This document shows positions 1-18,794 of a DNA stretch of 64,000 nt, piece by piece (position 1 is the stretch's first letter; each line of letters starts with the position of its first letter). The translations under genes and the position numbers were made by a program. Source of the DNA: Selaginella moellendorffii (lineage: Eukaryota > Plantae > Lycopodiophyta). The stretch lies in NCBI RefSeq assembly GCF_000143415.4, contig NW_003314286.1:1425718-1489717 (forward strand). Direction: 5' to 3'. Below the pieces are notes generated by a model. It was not told the DNA's origin and made no database searches. It saw only the letters and a list, made by a program, of their open reading frames with translations.

Positions 1-1471
1 CTCCCGACTACCAGCGATTTGACGAGTTCGAGTTCTTAGATGGCTTGTTGTACCGTGGGGAGCAGCTTTACGTTCCTAAAGGTGATGCTCAAAGGTTGGT
101 CCTGATGGCGTGCCACAATAGCCCGACTGCTGGTCACTTCGGCATCGCAAAGACCTATGAGTTGGTTGCACGAGACTTTTGGTGGCCTCACATGGACGAC
201 TACATCAAAACTTTTGTTACCTCCTGTGACACTTGCACCCGAAATAAGGTACCTCACCACCTTCCTTCAGGTTTGCTTCGTTCCCTCCCGGTCCCTTCAG
301 GTCCTTGGGAATCCATCTCCATGGATTTCTTGAGTGATCTTCCGAGTTCTGGAGGCTTCAACAGCATTTTAGTCGTGGTGGATCGCTTCACAAAGATGGC
401 ACACTTCCTGCCGTGTACCAAGGAGTTTTCGGGCGAGGACATAGCAAAACTGGTATTTAGGGAAATTTTCCGACTTCATGGGTTTCTACAGATGTGGTTT
501 CAGATTGGGGACCTTAGTTCATCTCTCATTTTTGGCAATGGTTTTTGCAGTTGCTTGGAGTGAAGGACAACCTTTCTTTGGCGTATCATCCTCAAACTGA
601 TGGATAGTCCAAGCGAATGATTCAGACATTAGAACAATTCCTGAGGTGCTTCATCAACTATCATCAGGATGACTGGTTCGATATCCTTCCCCGTGCTCAG
701 TTCTCCTATAACAACTCTGTTCACTCCTCTCTTCGAGTTTCCCCCTTCTTTGCGAACTCTGGCCAAAATCCCCAATTCAATCTCTCACTTCCTTCTCCAT
801 CCAAATCCTTTCATTCAAATCCCCGCTCTGAGACATTTGTCTCCAACCTCCAGGAAATCCACAACTCCATCTCCTTCCACCTCCATCGTGCTCAGGAATC
901 TCACAAAACATTTGCCAATGCCCATCGTAAGGATTGTCCCCCTTACAATATTGAGAATAAAGTTTGGCTCCTCAGGCGAAATATCTCCACCACTAGGCCA
1001 TGTCCCAAACTCGATTTCAAACACCTTGGTCCTTTCCCTATCACTGCTATTATTAATCCTATTACTTATCGCCTTGCACTTCCCTCCTCCTATCAAATTC
1101 ACCCTGTTTTTCACTCCTCTCTCCTTGAGCCTTATATTCCCAGTCCTATTCCAAATTGGGTCATTCCTCCGCCTCCACTAGTGCAGCTCAAGGATGGGTC
1201 TAAGTACGAGGTTCAGGACATCCTTGATTCCAAGATCTCATGGTTTAAACTTTACTATCTGGTCGACTGGAAGGGTTATGGACATGAAGAACGCACTTGG
1301 GAACCTACGGACAACCCGATTCATTCTCCTGACCTTGTTCAGGACTTCCACTGCCGCTATCCTTCTCATCCCAGTCCTCATTCTTTGTCTCCATCTCCCA
1401 TCCCTCGCCGCCTCATCTCATCTCATCCTCCTCTTCGTTCTCATTCACGTCCTCGTTCCACTCGTTCTTGA
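1..1471 (+). mobile_element. Ty3/gypsy chromovirus, 3' part of pol (integrase + chromodomain), degenerate
   Basis: Integrase zinc finger (H..GHFG...CDTC), core 'ISMDF...VVVDRFTKMAHF', GPF motif, chromodomain 'YEVQDILDSK..YYLVDWKGYGHEERTWEP'. Frameshift and stops at ~480-610. Confidence 0.93.
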
Positions 1472-1482
1472 GGAGGGGGTGT

Positions 1483-1869
1483 TGTCAGGAATCCCCCAAT
1501 TCATACCACATTCCTGAATCTCGCTGGATTCCTGACCTGCAGACCACATTCCTGATTATCGAGACACTTCCCTATTCTTGACTCTCGAGACTTTTCCCTA
1601 TTCCTGACTCTCTGATTTCCTGTACGATTCCTGAGTCTTGAGCCACATTCCTGATGATGATGTGGTGCCTCCTCGACCTCAGCTATATTTAGGCCGTCCT
1701 TGATCCAAGAGTGGTGGAGCTTCATCAACCTATAGTATATATAGGTTAGCCTTGTTCCATTTCTCCACAATTTGAATCAATACCACTCTAAGGCCTCTTC
1801 TTTGTTTCCATTAGCTTTTCTCTTTGTCTTTTGCATTTTCCAGTCTTGATCTTGTTAGGGGTCTTGACA
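1483..1869 (+). repeat. 3' LTR of the chromovirus (387 bp), preceded by PPT
   Basis: PPT GAGGAGGGGG at 1470-1479. LTR starts TGTCAGGA and ends TCTTGACA (7/8 inverted match). Internal CCACATTCCTGA repeated three times. Confidence 0.85.
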
Positions 1870-3835
1870 CCTCCAAGACTAATATCAGAAGCATCCACAC
1901 GCAAAATAAAAGGTCAAGTGTAGTTAGGATATGCCAAAACCGGAGGAGTCGTCAATAGCTTTTTGAGATTTTTGAATGCACACTCACAATCTAAAGACCA
2001 GATGAAAGATGATGTTAATGACTTCAGCAACACTCGCAACGTTGCAATGAGATCAGAATGATGATCCTCAAAACGACCAAGATACTGCACCTTGCCCAGA
2101 AAGTGCTCACATCATTCACACACTTCGAAGTAGGGAACTTTAGAACAGCTATAAGTTTCTCAGGATCTCTTTGGGTGATTGACAATGAATAAGAACTTTG
2201 ATTGGACGAGCATTCTGGAATCGGATAACGTGTGGCAATATTGGCCCCAGATGATAGGTCAAATTCAAAGAGATTAGTATACTCCTTCATAAGCCAATCA
2301 ATTGCTACAACACAATGATTTTCGGAGGGATCGGAAAAGGGAAGAGCAGAACAAAATGAAAACATAGGAGGAAGAAGTTGGGGGACAAAAGTAATGGAAG
2401 TAGAAGTGGAAGCAGAGGGACAAAGAGGTACGAAAGTGAAAGGAATGGATGAAATATAAAAAAATATGAGACAAAGGGGAGAAGCCTTAAAGTCATACTT
2501 GGCATAATTGTGCTGCAACCAATCCATACCAAGGATGAGGTCAAAAGCTTGACTCAACACCACCTGCAATGATTGCAACCCAAGCTCGACATCACTCACA
2601 CGCATAACTAGGTTTGCCTCATCCCGTGCACATGCATGTGTATGGCCGTTGCTATAAAAAATGAAAACTAGTTCTACTACACAACACTAGTGTAGACGGC
2701 AATGTGTAGCAATAGGTTGAGCAATAGAAGATAAACTCGAAGTTGCACCAACCAACACGGAGAGAATAATAAGAGACCTTTTTTTATAAAAATGAGCTTG
2801 GAAAGTAAACACTGGATGAACTAGTGCCAAGTGAACCCCTTGATGATACTCCCAAAAGAAAAAAAAAGGGTCACTGACTTATTCGCGCAAGGTCCCTCCA
2901 TTACTCATGCGACTCCTCATTTCCCAAATGCATCTTAGTGTCCAGACCTTCCACTGCAGCAGCACCAATAGGACGTTCTTGACGCCAAGGTCGCCACCTA
3001 GGAAATGGAGGTCGCAAATCCGGAAAATGCCGACAACACCTATAAGTGTGACCAACTTCATCACATGCCCAACAGCGAACGTCACGGCCACAACCATGGC
3101 CTCGCCTTTGTCCTTGAACTCGAGTAGCAGCAACATCAACCTCCATTGGAATAAAACTATCACTTATAAAAAGTGGAGCTGAAGAACATATAGCAAGAAG
3201 TGGAAGAGGCAACATATTATAATGTTGTGCCAAACGAAGAGCATTGTCAAGGGTGGTAGGACCAAGTGCATGCACAAGTCCGACAAGATCTTGACTAAGT
3301 GTTGGCCACAACATTCTTAACTTGATCCGCTTTGATATATTTAGCTCCACACAAAGTAAAAGACATCGGAAACGAATGCCAAATTGCATCATTGACTAAA
3401 ATGGCCCTTGGCGAAGACGATGCAATTATTGGAAGGCCTTATCACAATTGTTGACATGTCCAAATGTGCGTTTGAAGATGTCTGGGAGAACACTCCAATC
3501 CCTACGAGTGGCTGTGCTCAAACCATTGTACCACTGCAATGCCGTCCCTTAGAGACACGTGGGAAACTCATGCAAACGTCGAGCATCATCCCAAGAATGA
3601 TATATGGCAATCACCATGAAGTGATTGAATTAATGATACACATCATCCCTAGAATTCCCACGAAAGAACTCTAGCCAAACATGAGGATTGGCACCAAGAG
3701 TAGGAGGAGCTGTACCACATGCCGTGAACACTGCTAGCAACTGAGTTTGGTTGTTCAATTGCAAGCACATAGCATCAAACAATTATACCAACTACTACTC
3801 CAGAGTAAAAGGAGGAGATTATTGATCTGCCATAA
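1870..3835 (-). mobile_element. Older degenerate Ty3/gypsy element (gag-protease-partial RT/RNase H), interrupted by the chromovirus
   Basis: Minus strand: gag with CCHC knuckle 'CWACDEVGHTYRCC', protease 'FDLILGMDWL', RT end 'DPEKLIAVLKFP', RNase H linker 'AFKNLKKLLTTPPVLAYP..PFILRVDASD'. Many stops; RT core missing. Confidence 0.85.
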
Positions 3836-4689
3836 AGATGAATGAAAAGGAAAGAGCAAAAGAAGAGAAATGACAAAAAAACTATAAGAAAAAGGAAATC
3901 TAGACAATGCAAAAAGTTAAATCTAAACCAAAATCCTGAAAGAAAGGAACAAAAGAAAGGAAATAGAAAAAATTAAACCAAAATCCCAAATTTAAGAACT
4001 CCTCAAGAATAATCAAAAGTGCCCTTCACCTCCACGAATGTGAGTGCTTGGAATATAGGTATATATCAATTAGCCCAAAAACCCTAATTTATATATAAAA
4101 GCGAGTGGTCCGAATTAAAATCAATCCGATAGCTACCAAAATCCCACTACACTAATATTAATATACGGCATTATAGCCATACACTTGGACCTCACAATTC
4201 TAAATAATTATTATAGAATTTTATTATACCTCTTCTAGATATAGTATTTCTATATCTTTTTATAGTAAGGATATATCATGCCTTTTATTCAGCTATGATA
4301 CTAACTATAAGAGTTTTTTTATTCTTGTTGAAGCATTGATATTTTTGCTTAGTGTTTACAATAGTTGCGTTTAGTTGCATTTAGTGCAACTGCTTAAAAT
4401 AGCCCAATCATTGTGGTCTATACTTGTACCCAAAAAAAGATATTGAACACTTGGATTGAAAGATGATTGAATATATACTATATTAGGTTTGTTTGCATCA
4501 AATGTAATTTAAGAATTGTTAATCTCAAGAGCCTTTATGATAGCATTGTTAATCAACTTCTGTTGTTGAAGGTTTTAAATAAAATGATAAGTCTTGCAAT
4601 GAACAATAAAATAATATTTAGAATGAACTTTAATTATAAGTTGGTGGATCACCCAATCCATTCTTCTATTTCTTCCATACTTCTTCTCA

Positions 4690-5270
4690 GCTAAGAGGAT
4701 AGATTTTATATTAGTGTGAAAAGCCTTGATTTTTCTTATTTGCATGTGGAAAGTTTTCTGCAGCTACAACCCATATACCTAATAATAAAAATATGATTAT
4801 TCAGTATTATAATATATTTACTTACCAACTTGTTTTCTCCATTCAGCACAAAAATCTTTAAGAAAAGCTTCTTCATATTTGAAATCAATTTCAAACTTCT
4901 CAATCAGCTCCATAACTTCTGTTTATAAATTTCTAGGATCAAAATAAGTGCTGTAAATAGTATGGAACATGATACTTGTTAAGTTGGTCCATATTCTCAT
5001 ACAAGTTTCATTTGACTTTCTGAATTAGATGCTTCAGCCAATTTCTTCTTATGCATTATATGATCTCACATTTGAATTTGGCCCTAAAAATTATAATTAA
5101 TTAAGCATATAATATTAATTTATTAAATATCATACCTTATAGCATTTATCTCAACTTCAATATCATCAACTTTGGTTTCAAATCTTTATTTTGTTCCAAA
5201 ATTTAATCCTTCAATGCTTGCATCCATTATATCATATGTTTTCCTCTCTTACTTGAAGTTAGAATCTAAG
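4690..5270 (-). pseudogene. Decayed multi-exon coding relic in AT-rich DNA (possibly DNA-transposon derived)
   Basis: Minus-strand codon-like stretch 'EVMELIEKFEIDFKYEEAFLKDFCAEWRKQV' followed by a GTAAGT donor. Stops nearby; family not recognisable. Confidence 0.3.
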
Positions 5271-5400
5271 CAATATGAATGCCATTATTATTGTAGTGCA
5301 TATTATCTTTCTTCTTAACCAAGTAGAAAAGGGGCAATTGCTTAATAAAAACCAAATTATTTTATCCTCATATATCTATTAAGGTTCCAAATATCCATAG

Positions 5401-5600
5401 TGATAATATATTTAATCTTATTTTATGATCACGTATGTTACATTCACCCCTTTTTCAAAGATGTTAATGTTTTTATTAACTATTGACTAACAACCCCTTA
5501 ATGATAATATATCTAATCTTATTTCATGATCACATACACTATACTCACCCCCTTTTCAAAGATGTTAATGTTTTTATTGACTATTGATTAATAACCCTTA
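5401..5600. repeat. ~100-bp tandem duplication (2 copies)
   Basis: Both copies contain '..taatcttatt..atgatcac...cacccc.ttttcaaagatgttaatgtttttatt.actattga.taa.aaccc'. Confidence 0.85.
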
Positions 5601-5769
5601 TTAAACCAAAAAGAACTAACACCTTTAAAGGATATATTCATAGATGCCCATTACAAAATTCAAAATTTCATTTATGATTACAAACAAACAAACCCAAACT
5701 TTTAGCCTTTCATATTCACCCTAGAATAATTGAGGAATTGAAAAAAGCATCAAGGGGAGTGGCCGAGTA

Positions 5770-6290
5770 CCCAGTGCTCTGCCATCTCGGCCCACCGGCT
5801 CGTGGCCCTGGCTCTCTCAGCTCCCCTGGCTCACGGCTGACTGGCCCGGCTCAAGCCAGCTGGTGAGCCGAGACGGCAGAGCCGACTGGTGGTCGGGGAC
5901 CCGAGATGGCAGAGCCGGACTGAGGGCCGAGACGGCGGAGCCGGGACCTGAGACGGAAGATGACAATCAGGGAGGGTTCTCCACGAGTGTTAGGCGTGAG
6001 GATTGAATAAGGGTATTCACACTTGATTTAAGGTTTGAGGTTATCCCACAGAACCTGCTACAACGTGCGGATTCCCACGTACTGGCCTGGCCCCCGCCAC
6101 GCTGTCTTTCCCCGTTGCCACGCTTTATGGCTTCGACGTGGCAAAAAAGAATTCCCGCTATAACATGCGGATTCCCACGTACTGACGCTACAACAAAATT
6201 CCCGTTACAACGTGCGGATTCCCACGTTCTGGCCTAGCCCTTGCCACGCTGTCTTTTCCCTGTTGCCACGTTTTCTGGCTTTGACAAGGA
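5770..6290. repeat. GC-rich array of short direct/inverted repeats (CCGAGAyGGCAGAGCC; ACAACGTGCGGATTCCCACGT)
   Basis: Four direct copies and one inverted copy of the first motif at 5774-5960. Three copies of the second at ~6060, ~6160 and ~6206, two of them extending ~80 bp. Confidence 0.75.
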
Positions 6291-6478
6291 GGTTGCAAGG
6301 AGCTCTCCTTCCGCAAAAGCCCAGAGAATAGTTTGTGGCCATTGGCCAGGGTGAAAAAGACTTCCTTTGAGTTATCGTTTGATCGTCCGCACGCATATAA
6401 AGGCCAGTGACATTGCTCTGCATATATTCCTCATTCTTCGTCTCAAGCTGTATCTCGCAAAAAAACCACTCCAACGTG

Positions 6479-7772
6479 ATGGCGCACAAGGCAATCCAAG
6501 TGATGGGATTCAACCCCGCGAACCCAGTCTCGGTGTGCCAAGTCGCGACTGTGCAAACTCCAAAGCCCGGGCCAGACGAGGTGCTGCTCAAGGTTCTCTG
6601 CCGCCCCGTCAATCCTTCCGATGTGGTCTCGTTGATGGGCATCTATCCAGGTGACTACAAGTTCCCGTATGTCCCTGGCTTCGAAGGAATGGGCACGATT
6701 CACGAGGTAACGCGCTTGTGCTTTCTCTCCGAAGAGAACTTTGAGTGAAACCTTCGCCGCAGGTTGGAGCAAATGTGAGTGGTTTGAGCGTGGGGCAGCG
6801 GGTGTTCCACACTGGACACGGAGGAACTTGGCAAGAGTTCATGGTAACTTCGCCGAGGAACTTGACATTGGTGCCGGATTCCATTTCGGACGAAGTTGCT
6901 GCGCAGTACTACGTAAATCCGTGGACAGGTACTACTGTCCTTGAGTCGGTCAATATCTATCGTTTTCTTCTTCTTTTGGAAGCATATGCGATGCTCCAAT
7001 CACTCAAGGTGCCAGAGGGAGAGTACGTACTGCAGACTGCGGCCGCATCTGTGCTTGGGAGAATGTTTATCCAAATCGCTCATCACCAAGGCATCAAGGT
7101 GATCTTTGCTCCTCTTTTGAAACTACTGGTGATTTCTCAAGTTCCATCCAACAGACAATCAACTTGGTTAGGCGAAACGAGCAAAAAGAAGAGCTTAAAG
7201 CGCTCGGGGCCAACGTAGTGATCAACTTCAAAGAGGAAAACGTACTCGAGATCGTGAGAGAGGTAACCAAAGGAAGGATGGTTTATGGAGCTACCGATTG
7301 CCTGGGAGGCAAAACCACAAAGGTATCATACAATGTTCCATGGAAGCCTATAAGTTTTTCTTTTCTGGCTTTCCAAGCTTGTGAGCACGACAGTGAGGGA
7401 CGAAGGCACCATCTTGGTGTACGGGCTCTTGGACGGCGAGGACATCAGCGCAAACCCTCCAGACGTGATCTTTAGGCACGTCCGCGTTCGTGGCTTCCAC
7501 TTGACCCGCTGGATCGCGAAGCTCGGCGTCCCCGAGCAAAAGAAGCTCGGTGCGAAGATCTGGGAGCTCCTGGAGAAGCAGGTGATCACTCCATTGACAG
7601 GGGAGAAGCTCCCGCTGGAGAAGATCCAGGAAGCCATCGTCAAGAGCCAGGTAAGAGAAGAATTCCTTCCATTGAGACTTCGAAATAACAGTCCGAAGCT
7701 TATGAACAAAATAATTCCTTCTTCTTGCAGACACCAGCGAGAGGTGGAAAGATTCTCCTAACGAGCTACTGA
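6479..7772 (+). CDS. MDR-superfamily NADPH quinone/2-enoyl-thioester reductase-like protein, copy 1 (spliced)
   Basis: Motifs CRPVNPSD, PGFEGMG, VNPWT, LQTAAASVLGRMFIQ, RGGKILL; no catalytic Zn ligands; short introns. Confidence 0.9.
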
Positions 7773-7824
7773 AGAGCTATCTGTGGAAGAACAATAAGAA
7801 CTGTAGGTGGCGATTTGGTTTTTA

Positions 7825-9069
<1,245 letters not shown>

Positions 9070-10086
9070 AATGTGCACGGAGAACCAAGAAAACTCCTGA
9101 CACAGAGAAAACTCCCGTGGGTCTTGCACAGAAACTAGCCGCTGCTGCTGCTGCCACTCAAAGATCAAATCAATCAGTCACCATTCACGAGAGAAGAGAA
9201 AAAGAGAAGCAGACCTGACTCTCTCAAATGGACGAACTTGAGAGTGGAGCTCGCCAGATGCTCCCTAAAACAAGGAAAGTATGCCTCGCGATGCGGTATA
9301 AAATACAGAGACGAGGAGTTTGCAGATCACCAGTCCCTGTAACACACAGAAAAACTCTCTTTGAGTGGGAGAAAAGAAAGGAGAGAGAGTAAAGAAACCA
9401 ACATTCATTGTTCCAAAAGAACGAAAAATACCTCTTTGTCAACGACCAGCATTCAGTACCCTTCAACTCTCATTTACGCCCGGCCACGGGAAAGTATCCA
9501 ACTGGTGCTGCGAGAGTAGTAGCACTAGTCCAAGTTAGGTGCTGCGCGGCTCCGCGGCCACTTTCAATCCATGGCTGGATTGCCAGTCCTGTGTAAAAAT
9601 CAATTGGGCTGTGCTTCCCTCTGATCCGCTGCTGGCCGCTGCCACCGCTGTAGTCCCATATGACAATAACGTTGCTGGGGACCCTTTTTCATCAATGGAG
9701 TGGGTTGGCAGGACCAACCCAAAAATGAATTACGCACAAAATAGATGTGCTTCCCCCCGAACATAAATGCCGCGTCTGGGCAAATGCTGCGACGCGTTTG
9801 CATGCCCTTGTTTTACAATCCATGCTTTCATTTTCTTGGATTGCATCGACTGTTTCCATGAGCTTGTGTCGGGTTGCGTCAACTGTGATGAGAAAACTGA
9901 GGACAAAGTTACTATGGAAATCAATCGAGATGACTTACCACCAAAGCGCTTGCACGGGCCGGATCTGGAACTGTGATAGTTGTCACTACGTCAATCATAC
10001 TAACTGGGAAAGGAAATGGTTTCCTTCTTCGCGAAAGTTGATCATGAAAGTCAAAATCTTTGGGCTTTGTATCTAGATCCTAGGTA

Positions 10087-11813
10087 ATGGAGTTTGTTCC
10101 ATCGCTCGCGGCCGCTCTCCCTCTTCTCGTGGCGATCTTCACAGTTTACGTCCTGCCGACTTACAAGGAATGGGTGCTTCTCCCTCGAGCTCTTGTCCAG
10201 GTTTGTAAGCAGCAAAGTGTCGAGAGCTATGGCGACTCCTCCAGGCCGGGTCGGGTAAGTCTTCTCGACTGCCCATCGCGGAATTTTGGAGCTCGGTTCA
10301 TCCAGTTGCTTAGAAGTTCTTGGGCTCTCTCCAGCTCGTCCGCTCCCAAGGACGCTTGTTCCAATGCTGGGACACGCTCAGCGGGCTCAGTGCTTCCAGC
10401 CCCAAGGTCTTCTACGTGACCGTAGGAAAGATGGTCACGCTGGTCGTCTCGGATCTCTCGCTGGTTCGAGCGTTTCTCACCAACGATCCAGGGGTGGAGA
10501 GCTGCTACTCAAAGCCATCGTTTGTACGAGTCCTCCGAATCCTCGGGAATGGATTGTTTTCGTCCAGCGGCGATGACTGGGCCAGGCAGCGGTCTCTCAT
10601 CGCTCCTGCCTTGCTCACCAAAGAAATCAAGGTAGGCTAAACTCCATCGCATTCTTTCGTGCGCATGCCAAGGCTTTCTTCTCTTTTTTCTTGCTTTCTG
10701 CCAGAGCAAGGTACAGGATATGGTGGAATCGACCTCGCTCGCTTTGGAAAAACTGGCAGCCAAAGCCGAGACGAGCGGCATCGTCGACATGCACAGATTC
10801 TTCCTGGGTTTAACTCTGGACGTTCTCCAAAAGACCGTCTTTGGAACCGAGCTCGGAGCCGATCCTGGAACGCTCTTCCAGACTCTAAAGAGGTACCACC
10901 ACGGCCGGAGAGAGCTCGTCTTTGGTCTTGCTGCCGTGATCCCGGGATACAGGTATTTCCACAACCTTCCAAGCTCTCGATCTGATCATGGATCCATAGA
11001 TGGTTGCAAGAGAGGCTCCTCACGCAAGCTAGGCAAGACGAGGCCTGGATCCGTGGCCTCATGAAGGAAGTTCTCGTCCCGGCGGCCTCCACTTCTCGAT
11101 CGGATCATCACGGCAATCGCCTCGTCGAGATCTTCCGCGACTCCAGCGCCATGACCGAGCAAGAAGCTCTCGACAACTCCGTCACCTTTCTCCTCGCCGG
11201 CCACGAGACCACCGCAGCGGTGCTGTCGTGGAGCCTCTACTTGCTGGCTCTCAATCCCCAGTGGCAGCATCGAGCTCGCGAAGAAGTCTCGCAAGTCCTC
11301 GGATCCTCCTCGCCGTCGCCATCTCCGTTATCTTCCACCGTGCTTGCATGGGAACATCTCAGCAAGCTCAAGACGATCGGGCTGATCCTCATGGAAGCAG
11401 TCCGGCTGTTCCCGCCGCAGCCACTCATCGGGCGAAGCTGCGTGAGAGAGAACCATCTGGGCGATATCAGAGTTCCTCCGGGTCTGGAAGTGATCGTCCC
11501 CGTCGCGGCGATTCATCGCAGCGAAGAGCTCTGGGGCCGAGACGCAGCCGACTTCCGGCCCGACCGGTTCGAGAATGGGATCAAGTCGGCTTGCAGCCAT
11601 CCTCTGGCATACTTGCCGTTTGGAAGCGGGCCGAGGACTTGCGTGGGGCAGAGCTTGGCCATGACGGAAGCCAAAGCGGTCCTTGCGATGGTGCTGCTGA
11701 GATTCAACTGGGAGCTGAGCGGCAGCTATCGGCATGAACCCGACGTTACTCTCAACCTCCAGCCGAAGTTTGGAATGCCGCTCCTTCTCACCCTCCTGGA
11801 ACAAACTTCTTGA
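10087..11813 (+). CDS. Cytochrome P450, CYP72-clan-like
   Basis: N-terminal TM anchor, 'LGNGLFSSSGDDWARQR', I-helix AGHETT, EAVR, PDRF, heme FGSGPRTCVG. Introns ~10255-10313, ~10632-10704, ~10953-10998 keep the frame. Confidence 0.93.
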
Positions 11814-11962
11814 AAATTCGTCCTAGATCTCAAGCTCACAAATCCAAGTTGTTGCCGACGAAGAGATCATTGTTGCTTAAGTTCTTCTCTCAGAACGACT
11901 GTCCTAGCCATAGCCATGCTTAAGTTAGCTTAAGAACGAAATGTACGAAACAAGGACGTACG

Positions 11963-12035
11963 GGGGGTGTAGCTCAGATGGTAGAGCGATCGCTTTGCAT
12001 GCGATAGGTAAGGGGATCGATACCCCTCATCTCCA
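11963..12035 (+). tRNA. tRNA-Ala(UGC)
   Basis: 73-nt cloverleaf GGGGGTGTAGCTCAGATGGTAGAGC..ATCGC TT TGC AT GCGAT..GGATCGATACCCCTCATCTCCA, with G3:U70. Confidence 0.95.
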
Positions 12036-12094
12036 GATAATTAGTTCAAATTTTGAATTAAATTTTGTCTAGAGTATTCAAACAGTCGACGGCT

Positions 12095-13507
<1,413 letters not shown>

Positions 13508-13677
13508 GGTCAAAGTTCTAGGACCGAGGTGGTTTTAATCTTTTGTTGCTCAGTTCAAACTTGAAAGAAGTGCACCCAGTACTCTTAAATTAAATATGTT
13601 AGTACTAATAAGTATAATTTACTTATAATTCAAATAGAACTAGAGGCTTTTGCTATTCAAACAATCGACCGACGGCT

Positions 13678-15025
<1,348 letters not shown>

Positions 15026-15475
15026 GGTCAAAGTTCTAAGACCAAAGGTAAACACTGAAGATTAATTAACTTGTTAATGCGTAAGGACCTTTTTGCGCAG
15101 TTAATCCTTTTTCGTTTCACTATAAAAGACAGTGCCCAACTTTAGGTTTGGAAGAAGGCTCACTCGAGTGGGAGATGGCGCTACTGGCACACAAGCAAGA
15201 GCAAGAGCTAAAGAAGTTAGCTTTCTTAGTTCTCATGGCGATACTTCTCCAAGCCTGCTTGGCATCTCAGTATTTTGTGTTAGACACTAGTAATCCACAG
15301 AGCATTGAGCCCTATGCCCTCAAGAAAGACACACAAAGGTTCTTATGGGGGAAGCTGTGGTTGGATTTGATTCACCGATATTAACACAAGCTCTATGGTC
15401 CTATTAGTCGCCATGTAAACAATAAACAATATATGAATGAAAATCAATTTTAGTGTGATATTAAAAACAAAAGAT

Positions 15476-15548
15476 TGGAGGTGAGGGGCATCGATCCCCT
15501 TACCTATCGCATGCGAAGCGATCGCTCTACCATCTGAGCTACACCCCC
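15476..15548 (-). tRNA. tRNA-Ala(CGC)
   Basis: Reverse complement is a 73-nt cloverleaf 70/73 identical to the tRNA at 11963; anticodon CGC. Confidence 0.95.
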
Positions 15549-15700
15549 TTAACAATGTTATGCGTCCTTTCACACGTCGGATGAATATCCACCGCCAACG
15601 GCCGCGATTGCTTCTCTCACCCCGACCAAGCTAGACCACACCCACACACGCAGCTTGTGGCGACCACGAGCCAAGCGCCACCACGCTCTCACAAACAAAG

Positions 15701-16627
15701 ATGGCCGCCACCATCTCTAGCGTGGCTTCGGCAGCTAAGGTGCGTACACTAGATAGAAAACCAGCAATGCTTGATGGGTCGATTGATTCCATTGTCTTGT
15801 TTTGAAGCAGCTCTCGTCGGCACAGAATGGAATTCACTCGCCCTCTTGTTCTTTCTCGTCATCGCCTCTGTTGCCGCTGAGCCGAGGCAAGGCGAGGAAA
15901 TGCAAAACTGTGTGTCAAGCAGCGTCGGTCCCGGCCAATGTGCCCGATATGGGAAAGCGGCAGCTCCTCAACACCTTGCTACTGGGAGCACTCTCGTTGC
16001 CAACAGTCGGGATCCTGGGACCGTACCTCTACTTCTTTGTTCCACCCGGGTACGATGAACCTTTCGAGTTCCTCGGTCTTAGCTCTCGTTTCCAATCAGC
16101 TCCGGCGGAAGTGGCACCGGCCTTGTTGCTAAGGATGCCATTGGGAATGATATTCTGGTCACCGAATGGCTTGCATCGCATCCTCCTGGCGATAGAACTC
16201 TCAGCCAAGGCCTGAAGGTAAGAACGAAAACCCAAAAAACGTTTTTTGCTTCGTTCGAACTAATAAAAACTGTGCTTTTCAGGGAGATCCAACTTACCTC
16301 GTTGTTGAGAACGATGGAACGTTGGCACCATATGCAATTAACGCTGTTTGCACGCATCTCGGATGTGTGGTTCCCTGGAACAAAGCGGAGAACAAGTTTA
16401 TCTGTCCTTGCCACGGTTCTCAATACAACAACCAGGGAAGAGTCGTCCGAGGTCCTGCACCATTGGTAAGTTCAGAACCAAGAATATGAATCAAGGAGCT
16501 AACCTGTGTACTTGAAAACTTGCAGTCACTAGCGTTGGCTCACTGTGACGTCGACAGCAACAAAGTTATTTTGAGCCTCTGGCCCGAGACGGACTTTAGA
16601 ACGGGAGAGAACCCATGGTGGGCTTAA
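15701..16627 (+). CDS. petC: Cytochrome b6f Rieske iron-sulfur subunit, chloroplast precursor
   Basis: Transit peptide, [51 protein letters not shown]. Confidence 0.96.
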
Positions 16628-16743
16628 AACACCTGTGCTCGCTTTGCTCGAGACAACAAATTTGTAAAAGGCAATGTTATATACGGAAGTCCCTGTCTTA
16701 TTAAATAATTTCGAAAGAACATGCTTCATACCATCCCTGGAGT

Positions 16744-18794
<2,051 letters not shown>

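Noticed and set aside
4145-5298. CACTACACTAATA ... TATTATTGTAGTG (12/13 inverted match) as CACTA transposon TIRs
   Set aside because: Flanking 3-mers (TCC vs CAT) give no TSD, and the context is AT-rich, so a chance match is plausible
5770-6290. CRISPR-like repeat array
   Set aside because: Eukaryotic context, irregular spacing, degenerate repeats, no cas genes
10255-10419. Apparent frameshift in the P450 5' region
   Set aside because: Resolved by intron 10255-10313 (TTAG acceptor), which joins RPGR to KFLGSLQ in frame
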